Shown here: positions 11,935 through 27,911 of the stretch, piece after piece
How positions within the stretch are numbered: the first letter of the stretch is position 1
How the letters are laid out: every line of letters begins with the position of its first letter
Assembly (NCBI GenBank): GCA_022813965.1
Contig: JALDZS010000216.1
Location: 1 to 37,099, forward strand
Direction of reading: 5' to 3'
Length of the DNA: 37,099 bases
Origin: Toensbergia leucococca
Lineage: Eukaryota
Program-made: the position numbers and the translations under genes
The notes under the pieces: generated by a model
Database searches by the model: none
What the model was told of the DNA's origin: nothing
The model's input: only the letters and a program-made list of their open reading frames with translations

Positions 11935-13120
11935 ATGAGCAGCTCTAAACTTGCGGATGTGGCCCAGAAAGGGTTTGCGGACGCCGCAATCTATGACCGA
12001 TACCGCCCAAGCTACCCACCAGAAGCCGTTGAAAGTCTCCTGAAACAGCTTCGCGTGAGTGGACTCGACGGCGCACGAATTCTTGATCTAGCCGCAGGTA
12101 CCGGGAAATTCACCGAGATATTGGCACAAAGGGAGGAGGAGTTTGAGATCATAGCTGTAGAGCCACATGACGGTATGAGGAGCGAGCTGGACAAGAAGCA
12201 GCTCAGAGGTGTCATGGTATTGGCCGGGGATGCCGAAACAGTGCCTCTAGAGTCGCAGAGCGTAGATGCAGCGATAGTCGCACAGGTATGTCTACTAGGT
12301 GCATCCAACAACGACTACTGGTAAGATGGTAACGGATGTCTTATTTGACAGGCATTTCATTGGTACGGCCGGCAGGCAATGTTGACCTGTATATGTATCC
12401 GCCTTGGCTAAAGCGATGCTTCGCACAGCTGGAGGAAAATGCATGCTTACCACTATCGTTAGGTTTGCGAATGACGAGGCACTCCAAGAGATCCATAGAG
12501 TCTTATCTCCTGCTGGCGTTTTAGGTTTGATATGGAACATTGATGCAAGTATGTACCCCTTTAACAGCAACAGCAACAACAAGAACAAGAACGATCCCAC
12601 CCGACCTTCACTTGCATGCCTGATAATTGTAGATAACGCACCAAAGTCATGGACACATATAACCGGATGGGAATCGAAAATGAGAGACATTACTTGGTCT
12701 TTTGACGACCAGCGCCCACGCTTTCGTAACGAGCAATGGCGGCAGGTCTTTGATAAGCAGCTTGCTACCACGCCCTTTACAATTCAAGCTGCAGACCCGG
12801 TGTTTTCATTGCCTCTTGGAGAGGATTCATTGCATTACACTTGTTGGCTGGATCGAGAGGCTATCTGGGAAAGATATCACACGATAAGCCATATTGCTGT
12901 GCTTCGGGGAAAAGAATTGGAGGTAGGTTTCTTCGATTTCTGGATATCGATATCCTTAGGAAGCTCACTTTATAAAAAGGACGTCAAGAGAAAGGTTTTC
13001 GAGGCGATGGAAGGTCCGGACGTCGAGATGAACGGGAATGGGCAATTGGCATTGCATGGATACACAATCTGGGCTTGGACCACTGCAGTGCCTGGAGGAA
13101 CCCTCAAGAGCGGTGGTTAG
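11935..13120 (+). CDS. Class I SAM-dependent methyltransferase (Methyltransf_11-like), 5 exons including an 11-nt micro-exon at 12352-12362
   Basis: YDRYRPSYP, motif I ILDLAAGTGKFT, AVEP, VAQ|AFHW|F, EIHRVLSPAG and IWN. Introns at 12286-12351, 12363-12462, 12549-12632 and 12923-12979. Confidence 0.85.
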
Positions 13121-13249
13121 ACTGATCGGGTCTGAAGTAGAATGGCTATTTCGATGACATCTTGGCAATTGCTCTGCCGCAACGAACCGCTGTCGCTATG
13201 TTATCCTCAAAACAAGCGTCTGGCAAGGAACAATCGTCCATGTCTGCCT

Positions 13250-13614
13250 TCAAGAGTCAGACGATATGTACATGACTATATGAAAATTAGCTTTGATGAC
13301 CAAACATGGCTTTATTTTGGCTCTGATGATATGTACCGTTATTGCCTCTTACAAAGGCATCACCGTAGTTTCTTCTCAATTGGCCATTGACGTACTCCTC
13401 AGTCTTTTCTAGAGCGATATTCATGTAACCATCGACGGACTGGAGTTCTCCTACACCATAATTTGTTATTCGATAGCTTGTCTCATTGCTCCACAGCGCA
13501 TACTTTACCTTTGTACACAACTCCGGAATTTAATTTAACGGTGACTGGAGCGCCAATGATCTCGCTGAGGAAGCCCGACGGATCCTTGGCTTCAGAACTT
13601 GCACCATTCTCCAT
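13250..13614 (-). CDS. LSM6: U6 snRNA-associated Sm-like protein Lsm6, 3 exons
   Basis: MENGASSEAKDPSGFLSEIIGAPVTVKLNSGVVYK|GELQSVDGYMNIALEKTEEYVNGQLRRNYGDAFVRGNN|VMYISSDS*. Confidence 0.93.
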
Positions 13615-13845
13615 GATTTTCGAAGACTTCCGTAGCTATTCCCGGTCTCAATGAGCCAACGGAAAACAAAGGTAGATGGTATACGGGGTACGGAGTAGGT
13701 GAGGTTGAAATTGAGATTGGCGCCAAGCGCGTCACGTCACGCCTTTACAAATACGAGTCTCGTATTTATCCGTACGGAGTATCCGTACTTAGATGCAGCA
13801 CGGCCAAATATGTCGAAGCCTCATTGACGATCAAACATTCCTGCC

Positions 13846-15298
13846 ATGACGATAGGAACGTCGATGAATGATGTTACGGAGTCTGTTCCAGTGAAACGCT
13901 CACTTTTCAACAAACCGTCATGGTCCAAACCTCAAGTTGTTGAAAACTCGATAGATTTCTTCCACAGATCGCATCGGACCTACGTAGAGATAGCCGCCGA
14001 GGAAGAGCACAGACGGAAGAGAAAAGTGGCCAGGAAGCAGAGAGAGAAGGCTCTTCGCGCAGATAATGATGGACGGGAAGAGAAACGAAGGCGTGTTCCC
14101 AGCATCAGCGAGGACGACGACGATGATAATACAAGTGGAGAGGATCATAACATTCTGGAGAAGGACAAGAATGGCTTCGCATTCAACAAAGCCGCGGTAA
14201 AGAGTGCCGCTAGGTCGCCCAGTCCCGCAAAGCCTTCGGCCTCACCCAAGTCCTTATCGAAGCGCTACGAAGAAACAATTACTGCAAGTAGGGTCGAGCA
14301 AGAGCAGAAGCCAAAGGATCTTAATATTATTGATCTTGAAGATGGCCATAATCCAGCTTCTGCTTCGGAAGGGGGTGATGATCTTGTAATTACCGTAGTC
14401 AAGCCCGCGAAACCTACTGAGGAGGATGGCTTTCCAGCGTCAGACGAGGAGTTTCCAGAACTTGCACGCAAGGCACGTGAGAAGGCTAGGAAGAAATGTC
14501 TCTATAGTGATACAGTAGCTACTACTCCGAAACCTCCTCAGCCTGCGGAGGAGAATAGGAGCGTGCAACAGACCCAGCCAGCACATCAATCAATACCACC
14601 ACCGCCTCCTCCTGATCCTGTTGTACACATTCTCATCACCTCCCGGCTTGAAAACACCGCTCCCTTAATAATCCAACGGAGGCTGTCTCAGCGTTTGAAA
14701 GACGTACGCATTACATGGTGTCAGCGTCAAGGCTTTTCACCTGAAGCCATCGCCTCAGTGTTCTTGACCTGGAGAGGAAAACGACTTTTTGACGTAACGT
14801 CATGCAAGAGCTTGGGTATTGCCGTTGATTCGGATGGGAATATCCTGACGAAGGGTCAGAAGGATATCCTAGGTGAGGAGGATAGACAGATACACATGGA
14901 GGCTATGACAGACGAGATTATGAAGGAATACAGCAATGAAAAAAGGCGTGGCGCAAGCGCAGAAGGTTCGGAGGCAGCCTCACAAGAGGTCACTGAGGTG
15001 GGGCGAAAGCCAGAGGTTCAGGTCAAGATTATACTCAAGGCTAAGGGCTTGAATGATTTCAAGCTTATTGTCAAGCCGGTATGTCATGATTGTGTACGTA
15101 GGATGTATGAACATTCTGCTTACATTACCGCAGTCTACTCTGATATCAAAGATCGTCAATGCTTTTCGTACGGCTAATAATATAGAGCCAGGCAAGGATG
15201 TTTTCCTATCCTTTGATGGGGATCGTTTAGAGCCTCAGAACAGGGTGGACCAGACAGAACTAAGCGACATGGACTACATCGACGTCTACGTCAGGTAG
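13846..15298 (+). CDS. Rad60/Esc2-like protein with C-terminal SUMO-like domains, 2 exons (intron about 15079-15132)
   Basis: Low-complexity N-terminus (SLFNKPSW; DEEFPELARKARE). Two ubiquitin/SUMO-like regions follow: ILITSRLENTAPL...VFLTWRGKRLFDVTSCKSLG and IILKAKG...KP|STLISKIV...LSFDGDRLEP...ELSDMDYIDVYVR*. Confidence 0.78.
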
Positions 15299-15454
15299 CA
15301 ATTGATGGGCGTTTTTGAAAGTAGGGTACTGAGGTCTTGAAGTCGTCGAACAAGTACCCGAGTAGAGCATGCGTAGGTAATTTGGAAACAATAGAAGGAG
15401 CTTTTTTTTCGGATGACTCAACCTTTGATAAAAATTACCAATTCATCGACCCGT

Positions 15455-15463
15455 AAACCCTAA
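15455..15463 (+). promoter_or_regulatory. Telo-box / Tbf1-type motif AAACCCTAA upstream of TRM112
   Basis: Exact AAACCCTAA about 105 bp upstream of the ATG of a translation/ribosome-biogenesis gene. It is a single short motif and could be chance. Confidence 0.3.
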
Positions 15464-15567
15464 TTTGCCGAGCCTCCAATTTTCCCCTTTTCACTAATCT
15501 GCGAGAAATGTTTCACGATCGAAACCCGCCCCAGCTCTTTAGCGGCGCATCATAGTTCAGACCAATC

Positions 15568-16099
15568 ATGAAGGTCTTGACCGTCAATTTCGTCACCTGC
15601 GCCGTCAAGGCCTGCAAAGCCTCGCCACTCGCATTCCCCCTCCATTTCAGTGATGCCGAGCTCGAGCAGCGAGAAATCGTTTACAACCCCGCCTTCCTCA
15701 TCAACGTCCTCCCCCGCATAGACTGGGAGGCGCTGAGAGCCACTGCGGCAGAGGTACAAGACCTCCCCAGTAGATACCCGTCAGAGAGACGCCGAGTATT
15801 AACGGAGCGCCCGGGGCTGATGAAAATTCTCGTTTGAGAATGTAGTTAGGGTTCGACACAGTCCCGGCCACCAAACCCGAGGGTGAGGATGCGCAAGACG
15901 GAACGGTGATGCGTGGGCTGCATACCCTGCTGATGGAGACCGAGGTCATCGAGGGGAAAATGGTCTGTGGGCATTGCGGGCATGAGTACAAGATCAAGGA
16001 GGGGATTGCCAACTTCCTGCTGCCGAATCATCTGGGTGAGTCGGGCGGTGGCGGCGAAAGGTTCGCACGGGGCCGGCGACTGATCTTCATACAGTATGA
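15568..16099 (+). CDS. TRM112: Methyltransferase activator subunit Trm112, 3 exons (last exon 5 nt including stop)
   Basis: MKVLTVNFVTCAVKACK...FPLHF...LPRIDWEAL...AAE|LGF...LHTLLMETEVIEGKMVCGHCGHEYKIKEGIANFLLPNHL|V*. Confidence 0.93.
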
Positions 16100-16627
16100 G
16101 GGTTCTGAATGTTGCCCCTTTTTCGGTAGATGCAGGGGTTGAAGGTGGCGTGGGGCGAAAGGGGAAAAGGGGCCCAGAAAGCGAGACGGCTGGGTATTAC
16201 AGGGAGTTGATGGCAGGAAGGTATCCATGGGAGGGGCAGTAGTGACGCGAAAGAGATTCAGTACGGGCAAAGGAGAGCTACGATTTATTCTAAATGTGAC
16301 ATTTGGCATTCCCGAGGCCATAATATGTCGCCTGGTTTATGGTGTTGGTGTCAGGGTCCTCCGATCTGCCTCTTAAGAGAGAGGCGTCCCAAACGCCAAA
16401 TAATGTACACATCGCGCACTATCAGCACTGCTTCTGTGCCATGCGCTCGAAAATCCGTCATCAAATGGCAGTCCCGGATATCCCGCCCTTCCCAAAATCC
16501 GAAGAGCACCCTAACAATGCGAGAACGCCGTCAATGCAATGGTAGTTGATGCAGAGTTCCCAAATCGATGAAACTGATCGCTGAAGGTGAATGAATACAG
16601 AGATACAAATGCAAGACTTCGAGATAT

Positions 16628-19600
16628 CTAATTGAGGAAACCTTTGCAACCTGTTGAGCCGCAGAGACAAGGGATGCGATCGTCGCTATCCCACTCCCGT
16701 TCGAATTTGTAATCATACGTGAGCTCCTCATCTATTTACAATTAGCATTTACGATCTGGCCATGGCTGGAGTAAACTCACTCTGTCCGATGTCCCTCAAA
16801 GCATATATGACGATTCGTTTGCTGCCCTCCACTCTGATAATCTTGGCAGTACAGTTCGGGGTGCAGCTATGATTGATAAACCGCGCAATACCTCCCCGCT
16901 TGGTAGCATCAATGACCGTGTTTTCGTCAATGCGGAATAAGTAGCTGCTCCCGATGCCGCTCTTGAGATACTGTCGCTCCCTCATGTCGGCCACTTGCTG
17001 TCGGACCATCTCGCCAACGTACTCAATGATCATGTCGTTAGCTGCAATGTTCTCCATAGTGTAAAGACCCCAATTATGAATGGCAGAGCGAGCGAATCTC
17101 ACAAGCTTCTTCCGCTTCTTGAGTTGGTTGAATCGAAGCACGTCACCTTCACCATTGGACGTGGCAAGTACTTGTTTTTGCGCTGCGATGTCCGCCACCA
17201 GTCGACGGTTGTTGACACGATTCGATCGTGAGGAAGATTTAGAGTTACTCTTTGCGGCAGCCAGCTTCGCAGCTTCGGCGGCCGCAACGCTGGGGTCTTC
17301 ATTCGCTTTGGCTTCTCGCTCTTCGCGAGCCTTCTGAACCCTGATTCGATGAGGCAAGTACTTGGACTTTTCGGATTCCAATATTTTCTTCGTGCCTTCG
17401 GTCCGAGCTGAGCCGGTCAAATTCGGTACGTAATAGCCTTCAATCTTGGTCTCGACTCGGACGACGCCTCTCTCACCTCCACGATTGAGCGCCTTGATCT
17501 CCTTTTGTTTCCAAGCCCAGGTAGAGATATTACCCACTTGAGCCGCAGGCCGATCACCAAGGACCTTTCGCAGTAACCGCAGATCTTCCTCGTCTTTCAG
17601 CAACTGTTGCCATCCATCTAGGTCAAGTACCACGTCGGGATCGTCCACCACAGTACGCTTCGGCTCATCTTTGGAAACTCCCCAGTCAACCTCGGCTCTG
17701 CACTCTTCCTCAACCTCGGATTTTTCCAGAACTTCGATCTCGTCCACCACAGGAGCGCTTGCAAGTAGTTCCTCAAATTGAACTTTGGCTTCTTCCTTTT
17801 TGAGGGCTTCCCGCTCCTCAAAAATCTGCTTCTTGGTTTTTTTCTTCAATTTAGCCTTCTTTGCCTTGACCTTCGTGATCTCAGAATCATGATCCGGGGT
17901 CTCGCTAGCTTCCTTCGATAGACCATCAACACCGCTATCGTCTGCGAGTAACTTGATGTCAGCGGTAGAAGACTTTCGGTTTGATATTGCTAACGGCACT
18001 AGAAGATCTTCATCTACTTTGCCGATGCCGAAGAGTTCTTCATCCTCCTTTTGCTTTTTCCTTGCAACGAGGTCTTTGAGTAGGCGCTTTCGTTTTCTGG
18101 AGGTCGGTAGAAGTTTGTCTACGTCCTGTTCTAAAGAAGCTAAAATAGCATCCCGAGAAACTTCTTGGTCAGTCTCCGTCGTGACCTGTGTGATATCCTC
18201 GACATCTTCTTGCTCGCCTGTAGGTTCCCACGGTTGACCTTGAGTGTGCCGACGAGGTTTCCTTGGAGTCTGACCGTCATTTTCATCTGATGCTATTGAG
18301 GTCATGCTCATTCGACTCATGGGCCTGCTGTCTTGCTCCTCCGTGTCTCTCGTGAAAGAAGTTTGCTCTCCATCCTCCGAATCTTCCTCATCATGAAATT
18401 GGTGCAAACGGTGGTGTAGTGGTCTAATGTCTATTTTCTTTGGAGCTCGTTGCTTACGGCGTTCATCGGTGAAACCAACATTCTCTCTCTTATTGCCGGT
18501 AGCCTTACGGATCCTCGGAAGCGCGATAACGTTTAGTGTTGACGTTGCGAGGGGCCTACGGTCGATGATTGACAAGTCGCCCCGCGAGTCAGGGGTACCT
18601 ATTGGGGGTGTATCGTCAGCTCTCTCAACTTGAATTCCGGGTCGCTTCCCGTCCAGCGGATCAGCAATGTTGAGTCTCCGACGTTTTGCGACATGTCGAT
18701 TAGGGTCTAAAAATTCGTAAAGCGTAGGAGCTGCAATCCTTGACTTGACATCCTCAAGAAGCTTGCTCCTGAGTTCTCTCCTAACAATCTCTACTACTTC
18801 AAGGACAGGGTCCAGATTTCGAGCTCTCTGCTTCTTTTCCTCTTCAATCTCGTACTCCTCTTCTTTTCGCAATCTCTCTTGCTCCATCTTTTCACGCTGT
18901 TCAGCCCGGACGCGCTCAGGGCTTGGACTTCTCTCATACTTGGGATTTCCGTACTGTTGGCACTCCATGTTCATTATGTATGTAAAGAGTTTTTCCATAT
19001 GGCACTCCTTAAAACAATGGACGGCTTCCTCTTCACCTCGTCTTGAGTCATCAAAGGTTATGAAATACCCGGTTTTATCGCATCGTACATCGTTCCACTT
19101 GTATAGCTTCAGTCTCTTTTTGAGATGCGGTATTGTGGCGCTCAGCACGGGAACATAACAGTGAGCGATGAATATGTAGGGGTCTCGTTTGATTTGCTGT
19201 AATATAGGTTTTTCCTCAATCAATGTGACGGCTGCGGGCTTGACAACGCCTCGAGGACCTTCGAGTGGCTGCAGTGGGAGCAGAGGGCGCATGGAAGATT
19301 TACCGGATGGACCCTTGGGTGCGGATGGAGGAGGTCCAGATGTATCTATGAAGTCTGGTTTCTTAATCTTTACGTCGATCGATTCCTTAGGTCGTTGCTT
19401 TTCCATAGCCTTTGTCATTGCGCGGCGACATACCGTCCCATCGCGATCGAGCTCTGCAAGTACAGGATGGAGACCCACCCGCTGTTGGCCCCTTTTGCAT
19501 TCATGATTGGCTCTTTTGGCCGCGGAAACTGCCGAGACTGCAGATCCACCTCGAACTGATCTACTGTCTCTATATTTGATGAGACATACACCTAGGAAGC

Positions 19601-20633
19601 TCCCATTGCCCGGATCCATCTTGTTGCTAATTTCTGCGATCTCTCCAAAGCTCGAGAAAAGGTGGTTTACTTGGCTGACCGGAGTGAGAGGGTCAAATCC
19701 GGTCACAACAATCCTTGTCGCTGGACCGGGTCCAACAGACGTTTCGGCGTCATAAAGGTACGGCTTCAATGCGTAGGGCGAGACTCGAAAGCGCCTTTTC
19801 TGCTTGTTGGCGGCACCTTTCGTATAATCGGCGATTCTCAATCGTGGATCATCAGGAGTAGCTTCGTCTTCCTAAATGACGATCAAGTTAGCGTAAGTTG
19901 GAGGAAAAATATTGGGAGAGCGAAGCCGATATACTGGTTGGTCTCGACTTACTTCGGTACCAAAGCTCGTATACTGGACCTCACGAATTTTCCTTTCCTT
20001 TGAACTTAATTTCTTGTCGAGATCAGGATCATAGAGGATCTTCACGCCCTTGACTTCCCCCTTGGCCGGACGCATATGTGAATTAGCCAGTGGCGGAGTA
20101 TGCACAGGACTGGGCAACTTAGAACTTTCCCTCGTATGTTGATGCCGCGGGGACCTTTCTAGAAATCCACCTTTTTGGGTGCCCCTTTGGTACGGTGAAG
20201 CCATGATATTACAGGGAGGCGATGAGTCCACATTGGTCAACGGGGTTAAGTTAGTCGAGCTAACAGGTCCATTTGTATGCGCAACACCCACAGGACGGTG
20301 TGTGTTACTGAAGATGGAGGATGCGGTACTAGTTGAGCTTGCCGAGCCAACTCCATTTAATAGGTCACCATGTGCGCTCTCACTCTCCTCATGCGTTGCT
20401 GAGGTCGGGTCAGGGATAACATTATACCCGTGTACCCCATTAGTGAGAATATCCCCTTCACTATCTCCATCAGATAAAGCAGGGGGCGCTAAGGACGCAT
20501 GTGTGACTTTTGTTTTGTCGATCGAGGGCGACTTTGGCCGCTTCCGAATCTGGGCTGCTTTGGACCGTTTTTGCTGAAGGACGGATGGAGCAGTAGGGAA
20601 GAAATCTGCAAAGCCCTTGGAAGAGCGCGACAT
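16628..20633 (-). CDS. SET1: Histone H3K4 methyltransferase Set1, 3 exons (introns 19872-19952, 16732-16780)
   Basis: [24 protein letters not shown], an RRM-like region, [14 protein letters not shown] domain [11 protein letters not shown]...IIEYVGE...[11 protein letters not shown] and post-[12 protein letters not shown]...[15 protein letters not shown]. Confidence 0.96.
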
Positions 20634-22193
20634 GGCGGAAGATGCTACTACCTGAAGCCTACGAAATGCACCATCTCGTCGCCCAGCCGGCACACTAGCG
20701 GTACTTTCGACTCTGCAATACCTTTCATGTATTAGACCCCGACGCTTGTCAAGCCGGCGGTGAGTGTGGTGCCCTGGAGTGAACGCGGTTGGGGGAGGGG
20801 GGGTTTGGACACGCGCAGGTCTACCGAAGATTTGAGTAGTTGGCGAGAAGCGATGGGCGAGCGAGCGAGAGTGGAACAGCGAAGCGTAAGACGATGATGG
20901 ACGGAATTCTAGCGCAAGTCTGGTATTAAGTAGTAGAGCAGGAAAGAGTATAAAATTGCGGAGGGGAGTTTGACAGTGGGAGTGGCATTGACAATTGACA
21001 TTCCTTCCGCTCCGACTTGAATGACATGGGGCTAGAACTAGGTAAGGTATACTGCACGCGGACTACGGTGGCCGATATCAAGAGATTAAGCGAGCGAAGG
21101 TACGAGGATTTCATTTCTTCATATTAAGCTATGGATATAATTGATTCGTCGACTACTCTCAGCTTGTGTACAAAAGCCTGATGGAATGGGTTGTATTCTC
21201 TCCGAGAACAGGCTTCGTGGAATAGTCGACGTCAGCCTCTCTTCTCCTTGCAGCTCTTCAGCCTTGCCATTAATATAAATTGATGTGGGAAGGACATCTG
21301 CTCAATAGGAGAACGTAGAGTACTCTATGGTACTTTTCAAGCCTTGATGGAGATTCAGAAGGGAACATTTTGATAAGGACCATGTTTTATGCTGCTATGG
21401 GTACCACGAAGGCTGCAAAGAGGGACCACCATGGACAGTTTTCCAACAAACCAGGCTCTAGTCCTCTCGCTTCATCACTGCAGGGTCAGCGAACTCAGGT
21501 CATATATCACAACTCTTTTTTTGGAGCCGACAATGTTCGTAGATGAACATGACTGGCTGGTCCCTATCTCAAACCTTCCGCAGCAGACTATGAAGTCAGA
21601 AAACCCAAGGAAACCAATTGTGACGAGATGCTGCCTTTGTTCTTTTGCGTTTCTTTTGCAGTAGGAAAGCGTGAGTTGACAAATGTAACGAAAGCGGGAA
21701 GTCGATGGGTTGACGCAGGTACGAGTACGATATTTTTAAAACGGTTGTACTTCCGGACAAGCCTGGAAAGAGAGAGCCGAATGCAGCCTCGTGGGCGAGC
21801 TGAAAAATACACGGTGGGGGCAAATATCAACGTCAACAAAGACAATGGTGTGCTGCGCCTCGCAACAAGGGAGAAGTTTATTCCATGTACGGAGTAAGGT
21901 AGATAGTTGTAATTGGTGCATGTATGTCGCACAGATGGCAAGCCAGGCCAGATATTAATAGGGGTTCAAACGCCCGTTGCAGGGGTTTGCACTCTTTAGC
22001 GTGCCTGCAACTGAACACTTCATAAACACTCTGTCCCTCCACAACAAGGCCATACATCTACAACTACTACTCCTTGTCTCTTTCATTTGGCGTTATTCAT
22101 ATTCTCCCTGGACTTCTCACTGTCGTTAGAATCCCAATTCTACTTCTTTCATTGTCTTCAAATAATCCCCACCGTCTTTGATTCTAAGCAAAC

Positions 22194-24565
<2,372 letters not shown>

Positions 24566-24983
24566 AAATCTGATGATAGTCTTGCAATTTGAATAGAAGC
24601 GTGCATGGGGAAATTGGTGTTTTATATCGAGGTCATTGCCAATGGTAGGGATTCAGCCAAGGAAACGACTTAGTCAAGGGTCTGAAAGGTCACCAGATAG
24701 GTAGACATGTAGCTGTGATTCTGGAACAACCTGCCTGACTTCATAGTTCCTCGGGATGCAATCTTGTTACTTCTCACTGGTTCATTGCGACAAGTTTGAC
24801 ACACTAGAATTGTAATTGCTATCGTACTAGAAGCTAATAAATTTAGAGCGTCCTGAGGTTGACAAGAATTCTCTTGACTTGCTAATTCCATTTAGATAAT
24901 TCTCCTTCCGCTTTTGCTGCTTGGAAGAATTATTCAAAGAACACCGGGCAGTGTTGTCTGACCTGTTAGACGTGATATTCAAC

Positions 24984-25741
<758 letters not shown>

Positions 25742-25960
25742 TTATCGTACTGATCATGCTGGTAAGGCACTAGTGGGCGGCAGGTGTCCAGGTTGGCTAT
25801 CATCATTATCTCTGGATCTCGAAACCAAAAAATTTGGGTTGGTATTAAGGCTTCCGAGGGTTATGTATTTGTTTAAGAACTCAAACCCCTTAGTCACCAT
25901 GACGCTCTATGCTGCACTCCAGTAAAGTTTTAGTACATCGATCCGAAATCCTCTTTGGCT

Positions 25961-27103
25961 TTACTCCTCCATAGTTTCTCCCTCTTCAGCCGGTTTCTCT
26001 TCCTCTTCATCTTCACCCTCCATTGCCTTCTTCGCCGCCTTTTCTGCTTCTTCTAAGATATGCGTTGGCACTTCTTCGTGCCTTCCCTTGGTTGGGCCAT
26101 CGAGAGAACTAATCCACGTCATCTCCAACTCGAAATCCTTGTCCTTGCTGTCCTCGTGTGCAACGTAAATGATCCGTGCTGCTTCCTTGACTCCTGATTT
26201 GAGCGAAAGATTACCAGAAGATAAATCTAGCTTTTCCAGCTCAGCTTTCGCTGCTTGTCTACCCTTTCCGGTAGCTGCTCCATAGTAGCCCTATTTGTTT
26301 GTCAATAACAAGACCGTGTCAAGGAAATGTCCTATCCATGCGCATACCCAGTAAAGACCGCTTGGTTCAATCATGTATAGTCCCGGTCCACCCGCCTTTG
26401 CTCCTTGTACCTTGCCTCCTGAGCCTACTTTGGGTCCGCTTCCCACTTGACCGTCTACTGGTAGCTCAGCCTCGGAATCCCAGCCACCAAGTATTGCAGT
26501 CACACCGAATGGTCGGACACTTTGGTAGAGAGTATACATCTGTACATAGCTACCCAGCCTACTAGCGAGGGCCGCTGTAGGTATAGGGGCTTTGTATGTC
26601 GATCGCCACGATGAAGCCTCGTCGCGCGCTCGGGATACGAAATGACGTCCATCGGGTACAAGTCCGGAGGAGACCTTATGGAGACATATGTCAATAAACC
26701 GATGCAGTGATCTTCCGCTCGTAATCTCTCGAGTTATCTTACATACCACACCAACGTTCCTGTCCACAGTTGCTATTCTCATATTTGCTCCAGGCTTCAG
26801 TAGCTTGCTGCTTATGATCTTTTCCACAGCCAAGATAACGCCATCTTTACATCTTATGCCTATTGCAGTGCCTCCATTCTCTACCGCCTTGACGGCATAC
26901 TCCACCTACGAGGCAGAATTAGCTTGCCCGGCGGAAAGAGTCTGGCTAAGTGCTCTCGGTCCGAGTACAGGCTCACTTGAAAATTCCTGCCATCTGGTGA
27001 AAATACAGAGTTTGAGAGGTCATAACCTGTGCCTATAGAAGTCTTTCACGCGAGAATGTTATTGTTGATGGTATTTCCAAGTCTGGTGGGGACGACTCAC
27101 CAT
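25961..27103 (-). CDS. PRE10: 20S proteasome subunit alpha7, 5 exons (first coding exon is ATG only)
   Basis: M|TSIGTGYDLSNSVFSPDGRNFQ|VEYAVKAVENGGT, GLVPDGRHFV, VRPFG, LYMIEPSGLYW|GYYGAATGKGRQAAKAELEKL, KDFELEMTW and an acidic tail. Confidence 0.95.
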
Positions 27104-27911
27104 GGCACCGACCACAGCCGAGCTCTACAGCAAGGGGATGTGAAATGCAACTGTTCTGCGTCGTGTACTGATCGAAACAATTCAGTTGATCTAAATGAAG
27201 ATCGGGAACATGTTCTACAGCATCTACTCTGTAGCTCTAGGTTGATGCTATGCGCGGCAATATATTACTAGACTGTTGTATGTAATATGTATCGCGCTAG
27301 CGTGTTTCGCGTCTCCGCATCATCAAATTGTTCTCCGACCACAAACCTCTTATGAGTTCTAGAGTCGAGAGGGACGTTTCCCCTCCCAATAGCTTCTTGC
27401 AACTTCCCTAACAGCATATCGTACGTGTCCAAGCAATTCAGCACACGTCCTAGCCGATATTCTATTCACCGGGCATCAAAGCCACGTTACAGCTATCGGG
27501 CACCATCTGCCGTATCTACTCCTAACTCCCGTCGTTTCTATGAATCTAGGATGTCTCCTATTCACATGCTAATGCTGTCAGTTAAATTGCAACGGAGCTT
27601 GACTGCCTCTTTACCTGCCTCGCTCGCCCAGGCGGTCTCTCATTCCATACCATTTCTTCGTCATCCTTGGTCTACAACCTTTCATTGTTACAACTTATTC
27701 AATCCCGAAACGCTCGACCAGGGAAAGCCTATCACCGCCCAGAAGGACATAACTGTTTCATTCAGAGCGTTAGGATCGGGTACATAGCATAGACAATTCT
27801 AGCATATCAAGAAAAACTTTTGTTCGATCATTTCTGTCCGAGCTCCTCCTTCTCGCTTCTTCAAGCCACCATCTAACCTCAGATTGTCGTGTCAGTGTCC
27901 TCGAGTCGCTC

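Noticed and set aside
12562..12592. Poly-Asn/Lys stretch (NSNSNNKNKN) in the methyltransferase ORF
   Set aside because: It lies inside the inferred intron 12549-12632 and is a degenerate (AAC/AGC/AAG) microsatellite, not protein.
15817..15841. CTGATGA followed by a hairpin (ATTCTC-GTTT-GAGAAT) in TRM112 intron 1, resembling a hammerhead ribozyme core or snoRNA C box
   Set aside because: There is no GAAA after the stem, no stems I/III and no downstream D box. GCTGAT is adequately explained as the branch site.
16995..20735. Numerous plus-strand ORFs antisense to SET1, and similar shadow ORFs over GFA1, PRE4, BUD23 and the lipase
   Set aside because: These are expected by-products of codon bias on the opposite strand, with no independent coding signal.
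21960..21976. GGGGTTCAAACGCCC resembling a tRNA T-arm / B box
   Set aside because: The stem is imperfect, and there is no acceptor stem, D arm or anticodon arm.
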